DNA of 63,760 nucleotides, filler included, from Hyphochytrium catenoides (taxonomy: Eukaryota; Protista; Hyphochytriomycota), in NCBI GenBank assembly GCA_900088475.1. It is 11 parts of 11 records of this genome, joined end to end, with 100 filler letters (N's around TTAATTAATTAA, not from the genome) between each part and the next. Parts side by side here need not be neighbours in the genome. Positions count along the whole stretch, not along the records: positions 22,183 to 26,618 come from FLMG01002060.1; positions 26,719 to 34,194 come from FLMG01001230.1; positions 34,295 to 39,878 come from FLMG01004676.1; 8 more parts are not named here. One strand, 5' to 3'. Below are positions 25,001-38,041 of this stretch, in pieces. How positions within the stretch are numbered: the stretch's first letter is position 1; every line of letters begins with the position of its first letter. Under the pieces are notes generated by a model, which saw only the letters and a program-made list of their open reading frames with translations, had not been told where the DNA came from and made no database searches. The position numbers and the translations under genes are program-made.

Positions 25001-27034
25001 ACCAACAAACCTGAGGAACTGATGTCCTACTTGTACAGCTTCTCAGATCTCTCACACTCTCGGCCTGGCTGCGCTGCCTCGCCTGTGCCATGCGCCTCCT
25101 GCTGTTTTGTGCTACTGCGCCGTGTCGGTCGCCGCTCATCATATTCAGTTGGGCCAGAACGCTCAGGCCCCTTCCTAATTCCAATCATCTCATCCTCTCT
25201 GTAGGTGAATCATCAGTCGAGGAGTAAACCCACTCATCATCGCTCTTCCTGCTGCAGAAGTAAAGTGGACGATGAAGCTTATGCAACGGCTACGGTAGAA
25301 GTTGCTTCCATTAACGAGCCAAATGCTTAGCAAGCTCCTGGTGCCGCGGCATTCCACAGGTCATTAGGTGTTGTGAAAGGAGAGACGTTCTCCCGCTGCT
25401 GCTCTGTGCTCTTCATTATTTCATTCTTGATCGCTTTTGAAAAAGCCTTTATGCCGTCTGATAGGTGGTTCAATTTTCTCCGTTTGACAGAATTGTTTAG
25501 ATTGTAGAAAGTGGGCTGGGCCATTGAGAGATTGTTGTCTATGATGTCCCTGGTAGTGTAAGTAGTGCGGCCGTGTCCTCACACTTCTGCGCCTTACCCC
25601 TACGGCTAGTGCTGCTAATAAATCCTTAGTGGATTTCTGAATCTATCCGTCAGCCGCTCACATTTACTCTTCTTCTTCTAATGATGGACCTGTTGATTAT
25701 TATAGTTCTCGCATCGCATTCATGATCCATAATAACGCACGTCCTTGGAGCCTCCTGAACGTAGGTAATTGGAGCGTCGGTAATGGGACCTTCAATTTAG
25801 ACTGCGACCTCGCCTCCTATGTAACCCTGGTGCTCTACATGATAACATTTCTCTTCTGATCTTCCCCTCACCACATTAAGTACCCTTGGGCTGCTCGGGT
25901 CAAGTCGACCTTGGCATTGAAATCAAATTCTCTACTCATTGACCTATGCACCTACAGCGGGTAACCATTTAGGCCCTTCCCCGCCGTTGTAACCATTTAG
26001 GCCCGTCCCCGCCGTAGTGGAGTAAGGAAGATATTCCAATACTTTTGTCCATTATCTGTTCTCTATTCCATGTTGTTTGCCATCCGAATAGGGCAATCAA
26101 AGCTCTTCGTCGGGACAGCCAACATCTTGTATGGTAAGGAGGAGACAGAGAGAGAGAGAGGGTTGATTGCCGAGGAGAAGTGGAGAATGTGCAGGTGAAA
26201 AGGTTGGCACCACGAAGCAGACATAATAAGCGGGACGGTCTTATGGTCCATTAAATAGTTCTTTGTTCCCTAAGCTGCTAGATCAAGTAAAGAGGGGAGT
26301 AAACAGGGATGCTATGATCAACAACGGATAAGATTAAAAAGAGAAATACTCGGCGATGGAAAGAGAGAAGAGGAAAGAAGGAATGGGGCAGTAAGAGAAT
26401 GAGAGCGGCCAGTAAAAGAAGTGTAGGTACGAAGAGAAAAGGTTAGGACTTAGACGAAGAAAGAGCCGCAGAGCATGTAACAGCGACGCGGTGTGATAAC
26501 AAGAATGCTCGGATAGGAAATGTCCATAGGAAAGAAGAGGATGATTCTGGAAGTAAAGGCCTAAGCCGCTTATGCCATATGACTGTTGGTTCGATCTTCC
26601 GTATTAGATGCAGCAATGNNNNNNNNNNNNNNNNNNNNNNNNNNNNNNNNNNNNNNNNNNNNTTAATTAATTAANNNNNNNNNNNNNNNNNNNNNNNNNN
26701 NNNNNNNNNNNNNNNNNNGCAGCAATATGACCAGTATATATTCCTCTTCGCATTGCGGCAATTGCCTCACTTTCCACGCTCGTTCTAGAATATAGAAGTT
26801 TCTACTACTGTTTCGTGAACGAAGCGCTACTGTATGTAGAGCTGCTCAAGAAGCTAGATCACAACTATTGATGGAAGATCTTCGTCGTCTTCAATAATCA
26901 CCTCCCCTCCTTTCTTTCGCTTTCCTCGTCGCAGCGCAAACGATGAATTATCAAGCTGTGTCAGCAGTCTCTCAGAGGTCTTCTTCTGTCTTCTCTGAGC
27001 AACGTGTGAGAGCCTGCAAGCCTCCTGCTGCACG

Positions 27035-30000
27035 ATGATGCCCCATCATCAGGAGAACAACAATAATAGTAGGAGCCAGCAGAAAACTCCTCTAGCGCCA
27101 GTAGGAGCTGCCTGGAGCACCGAGCTTAAGGACCAACACTACAACCTAGAGTATGATTCTGAAGGGGCTTATCTCACCTGCGCTGTCTGTAAGGTTGGCG
27201 GTAAGGCATCTCGAATAAAAAGCCGGAGACCTTACGGCGCGGAGCGTTGGAACGAGCATGTCAAGCTCCAAAGCCACAAGGACAACGCAAACGCCAGGAG
27301 TGCAGCGAGCAGTGCAAAACTTACTTCATTCTTCCAGGTTTTGGAAGGTCCCGCCATCATCATCATTGACGACGACTCTATTCCACCCAACGGTCACGGG
27401 TGGCAACATGTCCTGGGATCTTTCGAGGCAATGATGGCGTATCAGGTGATTTCCTTGATCTGATTTGTAAGTATAGTATACTCTGACCTCTCGGTGAGGT
27501 TTAAGATCTCAGCTGCCGGCGTTTACACTCTCCATTCTCTCGAATGCGATGACACGTATGTCTTCCGTAGCGGCAATGGAGCGCCAACTCTACCCGAGTC
27601 GGGAATGTGCTTGAAAAGCGCGTTGGACGAATGGAATCGGTGCAGCGAGCACTTCAAATTCTAAACTCTGAGGAGGTAAGCGAGAGCGATTACTTTTTTT
27701 TGAGGAAATTTCGGCACAACAACCAGTCTTCAACCGAAATGAGAAAGGACCTAAATAAATCTATTGGCCGTTTGCTAGACCACGTGGAGTGGTACAAGGA
27801 GCATAAGAAGCTAGCGGAGGCAGTGGGGATCAGGGTTCCAGGAGCTAAGAGAAAGGGGGCAGCCACGCCTAACAGCTTCTTGAGGGACCTTGCCGAAGCT
27901 TATTTGGAAAGTGATGAATTCAAGAGCTCATTGTTGGTCGGCCTCGCGAAGGCCTTTGTAGCCAAGTACCAGGGGAAATTGAACACTCCCTACGCCACGA
28001 AGGTTATGAATCTCTGTCAGATCGTGCGGCTAAAGAGTCCCAAGGCATATGAGGTCCTGCAAGCCAACCTCCTTACGGCCAGCCTTCGCCATTTGAAACG
28101 CCAGGCGACCCTTGACAGCTTGGGTTCCCCTGTAGTGGATATCTCTCCTGCAGCAATTCGGTCTCGGCTTGCTGAATGGGCGACCCCGCTCACCGATACC
28201 TTGTTGGGCGATAGCCCATTAATAGTATCCTTAGCTATTGATGCCACCAAGGTCCCAAAGCGCTACGAGTTCAATAGCACGTACAAAGTTTTTGTTGGAG
28301 GTTGCTATCCCAACCACCTTGTGGAGCCATCGGAGGACACAGTGATGAAAGATAGCCCTTCTGAACAGAACTTAGCCAGCGAGGTCAAATGTGCGGTCCT
28401 CTCTGCACAGAATGGACCTATCAATTTTTCTCCTATGAAGCTTTTGGCCGCAAGGCCACAATCTAGCAATGAAGTTTCTACCGACCTCAACAGACTTCTT
28501 CTCGTGGAATCTGTCCAGTCTAACCCTGGTCTGCGGCTGCTTAGTGTGGCCTTTGATGGTCTATCGTCGGAGTCAGACTTCATTAGAGATATCATCATCG
28601 ACTTCTTGCTTGGTAAAAGTGAGCTTCTCGCGTTGGTTGACCCCAATCATTGTGCGAAAGCGATGAGATCTCAGCTTATCCTGGGCGCTGATATTGTCTT
28701 GGCCGGTCATCTTCTAGTGGATCTTGCTCTTTTGGCCATGGCTGGGAGTTATATCAGGTCACTGACTATACCTCAGACGGATTGGTCCTAAGGCTCTGTT
28801 CTTTGAGTATTATTTCTAAGCTACTGGAGCACCAAGATGATACTTCGTCCGCTGCGGTTTTAGGACTCTCCCTCTTCTCCATTCGTGTGTTCTTGCTTGG
28901 GGTCAACTCCGACACGCTCAGCAAAGAGGAGCAAATTTGCTTCATGTGGGCCAGCCTGCTCTGGATGACATCCTTGAAGGGGGTCCATATAACGTCAAAA
29001 AGGAATATGGTGATGGCGGTGATCCCAATGATATGCTTGGCGATGAGAGAGGACGTGGAGAAGAACCGCCTAATAACTAGCGAACCTGCAGAGCACCACT
29101 TTGGAACGATGACGCAGTGGAGTCGGGGATTCACTGTATCCGAGCTGCTTACCTATGTCAAGAAGATCGAGGTGCTAATGAAGAGCACCTTTAGATCGGA
29201 ATTGAAGAGCGGTGGAGATGGACAGAAGGGTTATCAGACCTCCTTTGAAGGCTTTCGAAGATTAGTGGAGGTTATGTTGAAATCTCGAGCAGAGGAGCAG
29301 AAGGAAGAAGACGAAGGTAGGCGGGCTACTGGGAGCAGAAGTTCTAAGCCATCTTCCTCACAGTTCAAGGGAATCAATGTCAAGATTGGGACTCCTGCTG
29401 CTGTTCAGATCGAGGGAGAGCTCCTTCGACTTATCAACGGAGTAACTCAGCAGGTAGAGTCACTTCTTCTTACGATCGGGATGCAGGAAGATGAGCTTTC
29501 CCCCTTCGTCAAGAGGTTTGACAGCCTTCAGGGACTCTGCGAGACGTTTATTGACTATATGCCTGGAGCTGCCCAAAGAAAGTCAAGGATAACCGCGGTG
29601 GCCACAGCAGAGGTGCAAGCTGCTGATAACAATGATGGCGCTGAGAAGGACCAACGCTCTCAGCAGAGAGAGGCCGACGAGCTCAGAATCCTGTCAATCG
29701 CCCGTTCCCTTCAAGAATTTCTAGTGAGAGTGGTAACGACGAAGAACCGCAGGTGGAGGGTGACGCTGGTGCAGACATTTCAAAGCCCATTCAGGCCGGG
29801 TCATCCCCAGAAGAAGAGAGCACTGTTGTAGCTGTGGAGGATCTCAAGGTGATGCTTTCATCAACTTGCTCTGCCGCCACCAAGGAAGATCTCCAAAACA
29901 GTTACTGGAAATGGCGAGAGACTGCATGACTGAGCTCGTCGGAACAACCGAAAGAGGCTCATCGGACGATAAGCAGAAGGCCAAGAGCTTGCAGGGCAGA

Positions 30001-30345
30001 TGGTGGGGAGGACGACGACAAGAAGAGGATGTTGCGACCCAGAACGTACCGTCTACTGAAAGCCAACCTCACGGCCAATGCCAAGCTTCCTCTCTCTCAA
30101 CTCAACTTTCGAGAGGGAACATATTCTTCATTTCTCCTAATGGCTATTACCGCGTGAGGTCAATATTCGCCAAATCTTATAACGAATGGAGACTCACAAC
30201 TCAAGCCCCAGCGACTTCTAGCACAAGAGTATTTGCCTCCAAGGTGGAGCAGACCGTGGCATCCAGCGGCTTTAGCTTTATTTCTCCTTCTTCACCAGTG
30301 CCTTATTTATCATCATGTCCTCTTCCGGGGTGATCAAGTCAGATA
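27035..30345 (+). mobile_element. P-element/THAP9-like DDE transposase, frameshifted
   Basis: N-terminal CAVC..H..H Zn finger (27035-27463), SPKAYEVL..SLRHLKR, LAIDATKV, VAFDG, VDPNHCAKAMR (DxxH) and SEPAEHHFG. Frameshifts near 27400-27600, 28755 and 29700-29870. No TIRs were seen. Confidence 0.75.
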
Positions 30346-30349
30346 CGGC

Positions 30350-31720
30350 CTTGTCCCCGCCGGCCGCTGGCTAGGTGGAGGTATTTGGGCCTCCCTCTCT
30401 TGGACCAGCCTGACAAATGTAAGTTGTGTCTAGGTTTTTTTGACATCCCATGGTTTGCAGAGCGGGCAGAGACAAGACCATGCGACATGACGGCTTGCGT
30501 AAGTATTGGTAGCTATTGCTAGGTCTGCTGCCATGGTTGCTCGCCCTGAGCCACCTGATCGGGTTTGGCTGATTTGGAAGACGGCCTGGGGATATAACCA
30601 TTGAGGCTTATCAACCTGGCCTGACGTCCACGTGTTTTGACGTAACCGTACGAGAGCCGCTGCAACACACCTACCTTAACAATGCAGCGCTCCAGGCAGG
30701 TTACGTCGCTCGTATTGGCCATGCTGCTAAGCTCGCTCGTTATGCGGATGGCTGTGCTGCAGCAGGATATGGCTTTGTTCCGCTTGGATGATGGGAAACG
30801 TTCCGCTTGGATGGGAAACGTTTGGTGGTGCAACGGAGGAAGTCCATAGCACTCTACGTCTCTGGATCCGGGCGATACATGATAGATGCGGAGGGGGAGT
30901 AGTATCTTTGTCTTCCCTTTTCAATTCTATCTATGGCAGAATCATATCTGTTCATATCCAGCGGTCCAATGCGCAGATGGTTTCTGCACGTCTTCCTCTC
31001 CCACGAGCCCTCCAGGAAGTAATCCTGCAGCAGGTTCCTGGAGCAGTCCTTGGCGGGTTGGTTTAGGGAGAAGAGTAGTAGTTGTACTAAATCTCTAGGA
31101 GTAGTAAGCAGTAAGTTGTCCATAGTTCCAGATAGCTAGTTAGTTACTGTTTTTCATGTTCCCTCAGTGGGTTCTATACTGTTCTCTTTTAAAGTCAGTA
31201 ATAAAATAGTAGTGAGGGCTACGAACCGGGCAAGATATCGACATGTTTCGACGTGACCATCCGCGAGCCGCTGCAACACACATACATTCACCATGCAGCG
31301 CTCGAGGCTGGCTACGTTGCTAGATTAAGTCATGATGCCAAGCTCGCTCGTTACGCGGAGGAATGTGCGGCAGCAGGATATGGTTTCGTCCCGCTGGTCT
31401 GGGAGACATTTGGTGGAGCTACCACGGAAGTCCACGCAACGCTCCGCCACTGGATTAGAGCAGTTCGCGACAGGTGCGGAGGAGGGGGTTTGTCTTCTTC
31501 TTCTCTCTTCAGTTCCATTTATGAGAGGATATCAACACATATTCAGCGCTGTAATGCACAAATGGTGCGCAGTCGCCTTCCTTTGCCACGGGCAATTCGC
31601 GAGGATGTTCTACAGCAACAACTGCAGCAAATCCGACGATGGAGGAGAGGTGGAGCCGCAGTCCAGAGGTAGAGCTTCCTAAAAGTGATCAATAAAAGTA
31701 GTTGTACTAAAATGATCCAG
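30350..31720 (+). mobile_element. Two tandem 3' fragments of an RLE non-LTR retrotransposon (CRE-like), family 2
   Basis: YLGLPL..CKLC..HPMVC..RHDGLR..RRPGDI..FDVTVREPL..KLARY..FVPL.WETFGG. The second copy starts at about 31220. Both copies end near agtagttgtactaaa. Confidence 0.85.
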
Positions 31721-31858
31721 AAAGTACTGGTTTAATTAGCACTGCCGTCTGCTGTAGCGTTGGTAGCGTAACTTTTTACACTACTACGTAGAACTACTCC
31801 ACGTCTGGCCTTTTCAGCCTCTCTTCAGCCAGTTCGTCGCTCCATCATCCACCCCAAG

Positions 31859-31860
<2 letters not shown>

Positions 31861-31925
<65 letters not shown>

Positions 31926-32070
31926 TTTCTCTCTCTCTCTTTCTCTCTCTCTCTTTCTCTCTCTCTCTTCCCCTCTCTCTCTTCCCCTCTCTCTCTTCTC
32001 TGTCTTCTTCTCCCCTCCTCTCTCTCTCTCTCTCGCTTCTCTCTCTTCCCCCTTCTCTCCCTCTCTCTCT
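31861..32070. repeat. (CT)n/(GA)n microsatellite tract, one example of many (about 8560, 9510, 35120, 37960, 57130, 60200-61050, 63690)
   Basis: Directly visible dinucleotide runs. Confidence 0.97.
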
Positions 32071-33296
32071 GTGCTGAAAGACTAGGTCAGGCAGAAGTAC
32101 AGCTAGGTGACAGATGACGCGCGCGAGAGAGAGAGACAAAGAGAGACAGAGGAAAAAAAGAGAGAGAGAGACAGAGAGAGAGACGGAAAAGAGACAGAGA
32201 GAGGAAAGAGACAGAAAGCATGAGACAGAGTGTGTGAGAGAGAGAGCAATGAGAGAGAATAGTTCCATGCAATTTTATAAAATAGCCAAAAACAGAGGGA
32301 CATGAGAGTATGAGACAGTAACAAAGAGAGAAGGAGGGAGGGACAAGCAGGGAAAGAGACGGAAAGAGATAGCATGAACAGAAAGGCGCAGAAAATTGGT
32401 GGACTTCTGGTCCATAGCTGCCTTGTTGGCTTGCTCTTCTCCTCTCTCTTTCTGTCCTCCGTGTCTCTCCCTGTGTCCTTTCTACTCTTGCCAATCACTT
32501 ATCTGGCGCTCTTCCTTGCACTCGCTCACTCGCTTACTTCAACTTTCCTCTCTTTCTGCCTCGCGGTATTTCCCCAAAAGGTGACGGACGAATTCACAGA
32601 TGGGTTTGGAGCTTGGTTGTCTTGCCTTCCCCTTGCCTTCTTCTCAGCCAACCTTTTCTTATCTCTCATCTTCTCCCCTCCTCCTTATTACGGTTATCGA
32701 ATCCCCGAGGAGAGAGAGAGGGAGAGAGAGAGAAGAAAGAAAGAGAGAGAGAGAGAGAGAGAACGAGAGAGACAGACAGATGGAAGATCTGGATCTGAGA
32801 GAGAGAGAAAAAAGAAAAGTCAGGAAAGAAGACGTCCGACGAGGTTCCAGACCCTTTTATGATGAATACTAGCTCCAACGGTAGTCCCTTTCTTTTTCTC
32901 TCTGCTCGCTGCTGCTGTATCGCTGCCAATGACGAGGGTCCTCCCAGACGGTTATCTTCTTCCTAGCTTTTTCTCTTGTTGTTACCTGCTCTCTCTCTCT
33001 CTCCTGTCACTCTCTCTTTCTCTCTGTTGTTCATCGTTTACCCTCTCTCTCCGTCCTAGTCCCAGCGGACATCCTTCCATCGTCATCCTCAATCTTCATT
33101 TTTCGCGGAGGGTCGTACATCTCCCTTCTGCCACGACGCGAGTTCTCTCAGGGTGCGCAGCCCCTCATCAGGCAATATAGGAACTCTGTTACCTCTCTTT
33201 GTCTGCCATTTCCTGTCCGCTGAATCCAGAGAAAAGAGGAAGGCAGAGCCAGGCATCACGTTAAAAGAAGAAGAAAAAGGGAACAGAAGAAGAAGG

Positions 33297-34194
33297 ATGG
33301 CGACCCTCAAACAGAGACGCTCACCCTCCTTGGCGGCGGGACGGCTGTTGCAGCTCTCTCTCCTTATCGCTCTTCTCTCCCTTCTTATGATCTCCTTCTC
33401 TTCTATTCCTGTCGTCCAGTCTCTAGGGTCAGGGGGCCTTCAAAGGGCTCCCCGAACTCGGGCTAGCGGTGGAGAGCGGGCGCCTGGACAGAGGAATACT
33501 GTCCAGGGCACGAGAGGCGGAGCGAGGAATAAGAGAAGACCCAAGAACACAGATGCTGCTACGCGGCCAGGTAGCAAACAGTTTCTTACACCCGAGGAAA
33601 TAACCACCCTCAGAGGAAGAGCTGATGACATTAAAAGTGAACTGGTTGCGGACCTCATCCCTGCTAATAAGGCGGCGGCCTTTAAGAACGTTCCACTAAG
33701 TGACATACAGAAGAAGCTAAAGGCAGAGACACTGTACAGCACGGGGATGCTGAATAAGCTTGAGGCGTCCCGGTTGGTCAAGGAAGCCGAAACAACATTG
33801 GCAGAAGCCCGTACATGGAGAGAACGTAACGATCTAAATGAACTAGAAAAGGAGCAGGCAGCTGCCATGGAAAAAAAATACGAAGAAGGCTACTTGCAGG
33901 CTTTACGAAGATTTAAGAGGATAGATAGTGCACTCGAGCTTGTAAGGCAAGCAAGTGACCCTGCTGGTCGCCCAGCACTTTCACTACTAAAGGCAAAGAC
34001 ACGGTACGGCACGGGGATGCTGAATAAGCTTGAGGCGTCCCGGTTGGTCAAGGAGGCGGAAACGAAATTGGCGGAAGCCCGTGAATGGAGAAATCGTAAC
34101 GATCTAAATGAACTAGAAAAGAAGCAGGCAGCTGCCATGGAAAAGGAATACGAAGAAGGCTACTTGCAGGCTTTACGAAGATTTAAGAGGATAG
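33297..34194 (+). CDS. Putative secreted or signal-anchored protein with 90-aa helical tandem repeats; 3'-truncated at the gap
   Basis: MATLKQRR..LLQLSLLIALLSLLMISFSSIPVVQS N-terminus. A 270-bp repeat starts at 33717 and 33987 (LKA.T.Y.TGMLNKLEASRLVKEAET.LAEAR.WR.RNDLNELEK). Confidence 0.7.
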
Positions 34195-34752
34195 NNNNNN
34201 NNNNNNNNNNNNNNNNNNNNNNNNNNNNNNNNNNNNNNTTAATTAATTAANNNNNNNNNNNNNNNNNNNNNNNNNNNNNNNNNNNNNNNNNNNNACCTTG
34301 ATTGGCCTTGGTGGAGAGGATGTCTCCGATCGTCTTCTCGGCCAGCGCGGCTCTCAAAGGGTTTGACATGGTGTGGGCTGAGGCTACGTGGAGCTGCTGC
34401 TTAGTGGTTGCTGGCTTCGTGCTTGATCTGTGCTTGGTCTTTCTTAATAAAGTGATGGGCTTGTTGACTATGAAGATTGTTTGATAATGAGGTCGAGGAG
34501 AGAGAAGGTTGTGCTTCGTCCTCTCTCCTGGAAGAGGGAGAAAGAGATAGAGCCGCCAGCGCCTCTGGGAGAGAGAGAGAGAGGTATCTTCCCCAAAGAT
34601 CCGCTGGGCTGAGCTTCAAAGACACGGCCGAGTCCCCCACCAGGAAAGAGCGGCGATTCTTGTTAACAGACGGTAGTTCCTCCTCTCTCTCTCTCTCTCT
34701 CTCNNNNNNNNNNNNNNNNNNNNNNNNNNNNNNNNNNNNNNNNNNNNNNNNC

Positions 34753-34784
<32 letters not shown>

Positions 34785-35119
34785 GCCCTCCTGCTTGAAG
34801 TTCACTATGAGGTTTGAGGAAACTTCTGCAACCGAAGTAGTGCGGCTAATGGTTCGTTGTGTTTGTAATACTAATACAAGTTGTGTCTGAAGCTGTGGGT
34901 TTGTATTCTCATCTGTGTGAGTTAGGAGCTTGATGGCTTCTGAAGTTTATTGGGATTGTTTCCACTTCCTATTGAATGATTCAGAAACGAAGTAACAATA
35001 TAGGGAACATTCCATAGGATAGCTTACACATTTGTTTCCAGACCTTTCCGAACGTTTCAAGGCGACAAAAAACAGGGCCTCTCGCGATCTTGGGGACATT
35101 GGAGAGCAGAAACAGGACG

Positions 35120-35175
<56 letters not shown>

Positions 35176-36330
35176 CTATCTTAATCTATCAATCTTTCTC
35201 GTCACCTTCTCTGTCACCTTTTTGCTCTGTATCTTTCCTAGATTCTCGGTTCTCTCTCCTTTCTCTCCTAGGTCTCCCCATCAAAAGAGGCCCTCCTCCT
35301 CCTGATGTATGACGGGCTCGCTGCAGAGACGCTGTAAGGCTGTCAAGCCTGTATGTTCCTTGTACAAGTGAGGGAGAGAGAGACAGAAGGAGAAGATAGA
35401 AACACAAAGAGAGAGTCGAAGACAGAGGGAAACAGACGGAGGAGGAAGAGAGAGAAAGAGATCTTCAAGAAGCAGTCTCTGCTTGAAAGCCGTTTGTTGA
35501 AGTTTTTCTGATAAGTCGCCAAGGAAAGGAGACAGAGCGCGACTGCAGACTGAAGCCGGCAGGGTGGAGCTGGAGCGGATCTGCATAGAAACTCGCTGCC
35601 ACGGACGCGGGCGGCTCTGTCTCTTGCTGATCGCAAAAGGCTAGGCCTGTTCTAGGAGTAGTTGGTCTCTTTATAATAGCGTGGCAGTGGTAGGGAAGTG
35701 AGCAACAGTGGTCGACTGGGACAGGGACCGACCCTGTTCTCTCGCAAGAAATTGACTCCGTGGTCATGATGGTGATCCTCACATCCTCAGTGAATCTGCG
35801 GGTCCCTTGCCACTGGCCCGCTAGGAACTTTGCCTGTTCCTCTATCGCTTGCTTTTTCTGCGTCTAACTTGCCGCTGTTCGACTTGTTCATCTGCCATTC
35901 CTTAGGTGTTTCCATCATAAGCTTACAAGCTTTACTTCTTTGTAGAACTATCTCTCTCCCTCTCTTGCTTAGTTCATGGCTTCCGACTGACATCCGTTAA
36001 GCTACTGACGATGAGGAAGAGAGAGAAGTCTTGAATGGTTCTCATCATCCTTTCAAAACGTTTCTATTTATCTTTGAACATTGGCGCACCTGCACACTTT
36101 TACACAGCTCATCTCAGTAGCTCCCTCTTATCTCTCTTCTCCTAAAGAAGAAAGACAAGATTCGCCACCGTCGCGTCTCTCTTTCTCTCTCTCCCCTCCC
36201 TCCGTCTTTCCCGACCCTATAAATAAATCCTGATAGCTAATCTACAACCGACTCGAGGAACTTCTTTCCACCTTGCCAATAAATAGATTTCTCCATACAT
36301 CCTGAGACAGCTTCCTCTCACACAGCACCG

Positions 36331-37473
36331 CTACGCCGTAATAGTGCTGGTCCTTGCCCTTCGCAGGTCTACTATGTCATCCCCACGAAAGCTTCGATAG
36401 CGCCTACTCGCTGGCTGGCTCGCTCTTGGGTTTGGTCGCATGTCTATCACTTCGTGACCTCTGTAGGACCGTCTTTGATTGTTGAAGCTATGTCTTGATG
36501 CCGTCATCTGCGCCTCTGCTAACCGCTGAGTCCTGCTGCTCGTCTTCAAAGTCTGAAGAGTCTGTCGCGCAGCAAAGCTGCTGCTGTTCATATTGGGAGT
36601 AGAGTACGTCCGCTTGTACTCCTCTGCTGCTATAGGACGGATGAACTTGGGCCTTCGGGCATCGAAGAAGAAGAGAAGTCGGTTGAGCTCAATAGGGTTA
36701 AGAACAAGCTCCTCTGCCAGCATTAGAAGATCTTCTCTCAGTCCATAGCCGCCCAAGAAGCTATTCAGCTTGAGAGCAAAGAACACTGACCCATTGAAAG
36801 TGCCGCCTTTACTTCTATCTTGCAGCTTCTTATCGCCCCAGTTCGTCCTTTGAAAATACTGCTTCTGCTCGCTCTTTCGTCCGATGATGAAGCAGTGAGG
36901 CTTGCTGTCTGGCGTGATGCTGATCGAGTGGGAATAGAACTTGATGTCCTCTAGCGTTGTGAGGTCGCGATCATACGCAGCTCTGACTATGGCTTTCCCC
37001 TTGTGTTCAGGGCATTTGCACTTCCCCACCTGGGTCTCTAGCACTCCATAGACGGCGCCAAGAGCTGCTTCTCCTGCCATGGCAGAGTTAAAGAGGACAA
37101 GACAATAGCCTTTGTCCGTCTCTTCTGCTATCTCTCGGACGGAGGCAGGTGAGGCGAAGGCATCTAAGGCGATAGAGATGCGTGTGCTCTCTCTCTCCGG
37201 CATTATATCGTCCAGATAGATAGAGTTCCTAGTAAAGCTATTGCCTCCTCCGTTGTCTTCAAAGTAAGAGCTTCTATAATTGGTCAAGCCTTCATCTGAG
37301 AAAGAGAGTACTTCTTCTGTCTCTGTAAGAGAGAAACCTCCAGCTGACGAGAGAGAGCGCGAGTAGATCATGTCCATCTCCTCATTGGATATGATATCGT
37401 CCACCACAAGCGTCGAAGATTTCCAAACTCTGCCCACAGCCGGCGCCCGTATAATGTCCGAATGCCGTGTCAT
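36331..37473 (-). CDS. Hypothetical protein, 380 aa, intronless
   Basis: Long ATG-initiated ORF of normal composition with a globular-looking core and low-complexity ends. No family recognised. Confidence 0.65.
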   Translation of the reverse strand: MTRHSDIIRAPAVGRVWKSSTLVVDDIISNEEMDMIYSRSLSSAGGFSLTETEEVLSFSDEGLTNYRSSYFEDNGGGNSFTRNSIYLDDIMPERESTRISIALDAFASPASVREIAEETDKGYCLVLFNSAMAGEAALGAVYGVLETQVGKCKCPEHKGKAIVRAAYDRDLTTLEDIKFYSHSISITPDSKPHCFIIGRKSEQKQYFQRTNWGDKKLQDRSKGGTFNGSVFFALKLNSFLGGYGLREDLLMLAEELVLNPIELNRLLFFFDARRPKFIRPIAAEEYKRTYSTPNMNSSSFAARQTLQTLKTSSRTQRLAEAQMTASRHSFNNQRRSYRGHEVIDMRPNPRASQPASRRYRSFRGDDIVDLRRARTSTITA

Positions 37474-37987
37474 CTTTCCTCACAGCTTTCTTGCCTCTAC
37501 GTTTTCTCTTTTATCTCGTCTCTCCCAATATCTCGTCTCTGCTGTTTCCAATTCTAGAGCTTACCAGAGAGCGGGGAATAACGTGGATTGCCTTTAGGAG
37601 AAAGAAGGAAGATGAAGAGGACTAGAGATACCTTGCAGAAAGAGAGAGACAAGCAGAGATCAAAAGCTTTTTGAAATATGGGGCTTTGCCATATAAGAAA
37701 CACGGCTTTTCTCTGTTGACGAAGCTTCAGAACTTGAGCTTTCTGGTTCTATTGAAGGCGAAAGAAGACGGATTGCGGATGAAGTGGCGCCAGGCGGCCA
37801 GACTCGCAGACTTGCCGATAAAGGCCAAGACGTCGTCAAGAGGTTCAAGTGTGGATGTTGACGGGAGACAGAGAGCGGGAGCGAGGGACGGAAACATAAG
37901 GAGAATGCTCAAGTCAGAGAGGAGACGGAAAGAGAGAGACAGGAAAGGAGAGAGACTGAGACTGCGAGAGAGAGAGAGAGAGAGAGA

Positions 37988-38041
<54 letters not shown>

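Noticed and set aside
22183-25530. Short coding-looking fragments
   Set aside because: No recognisable motifs or consistent exon chain.
25961-26016. 28-bp direct repeat gtaaccatttaggccc.tccccgccgt
   Set aside because: Two adjacent copies with no spacer, so a local tandem duplication and not CRISPR.
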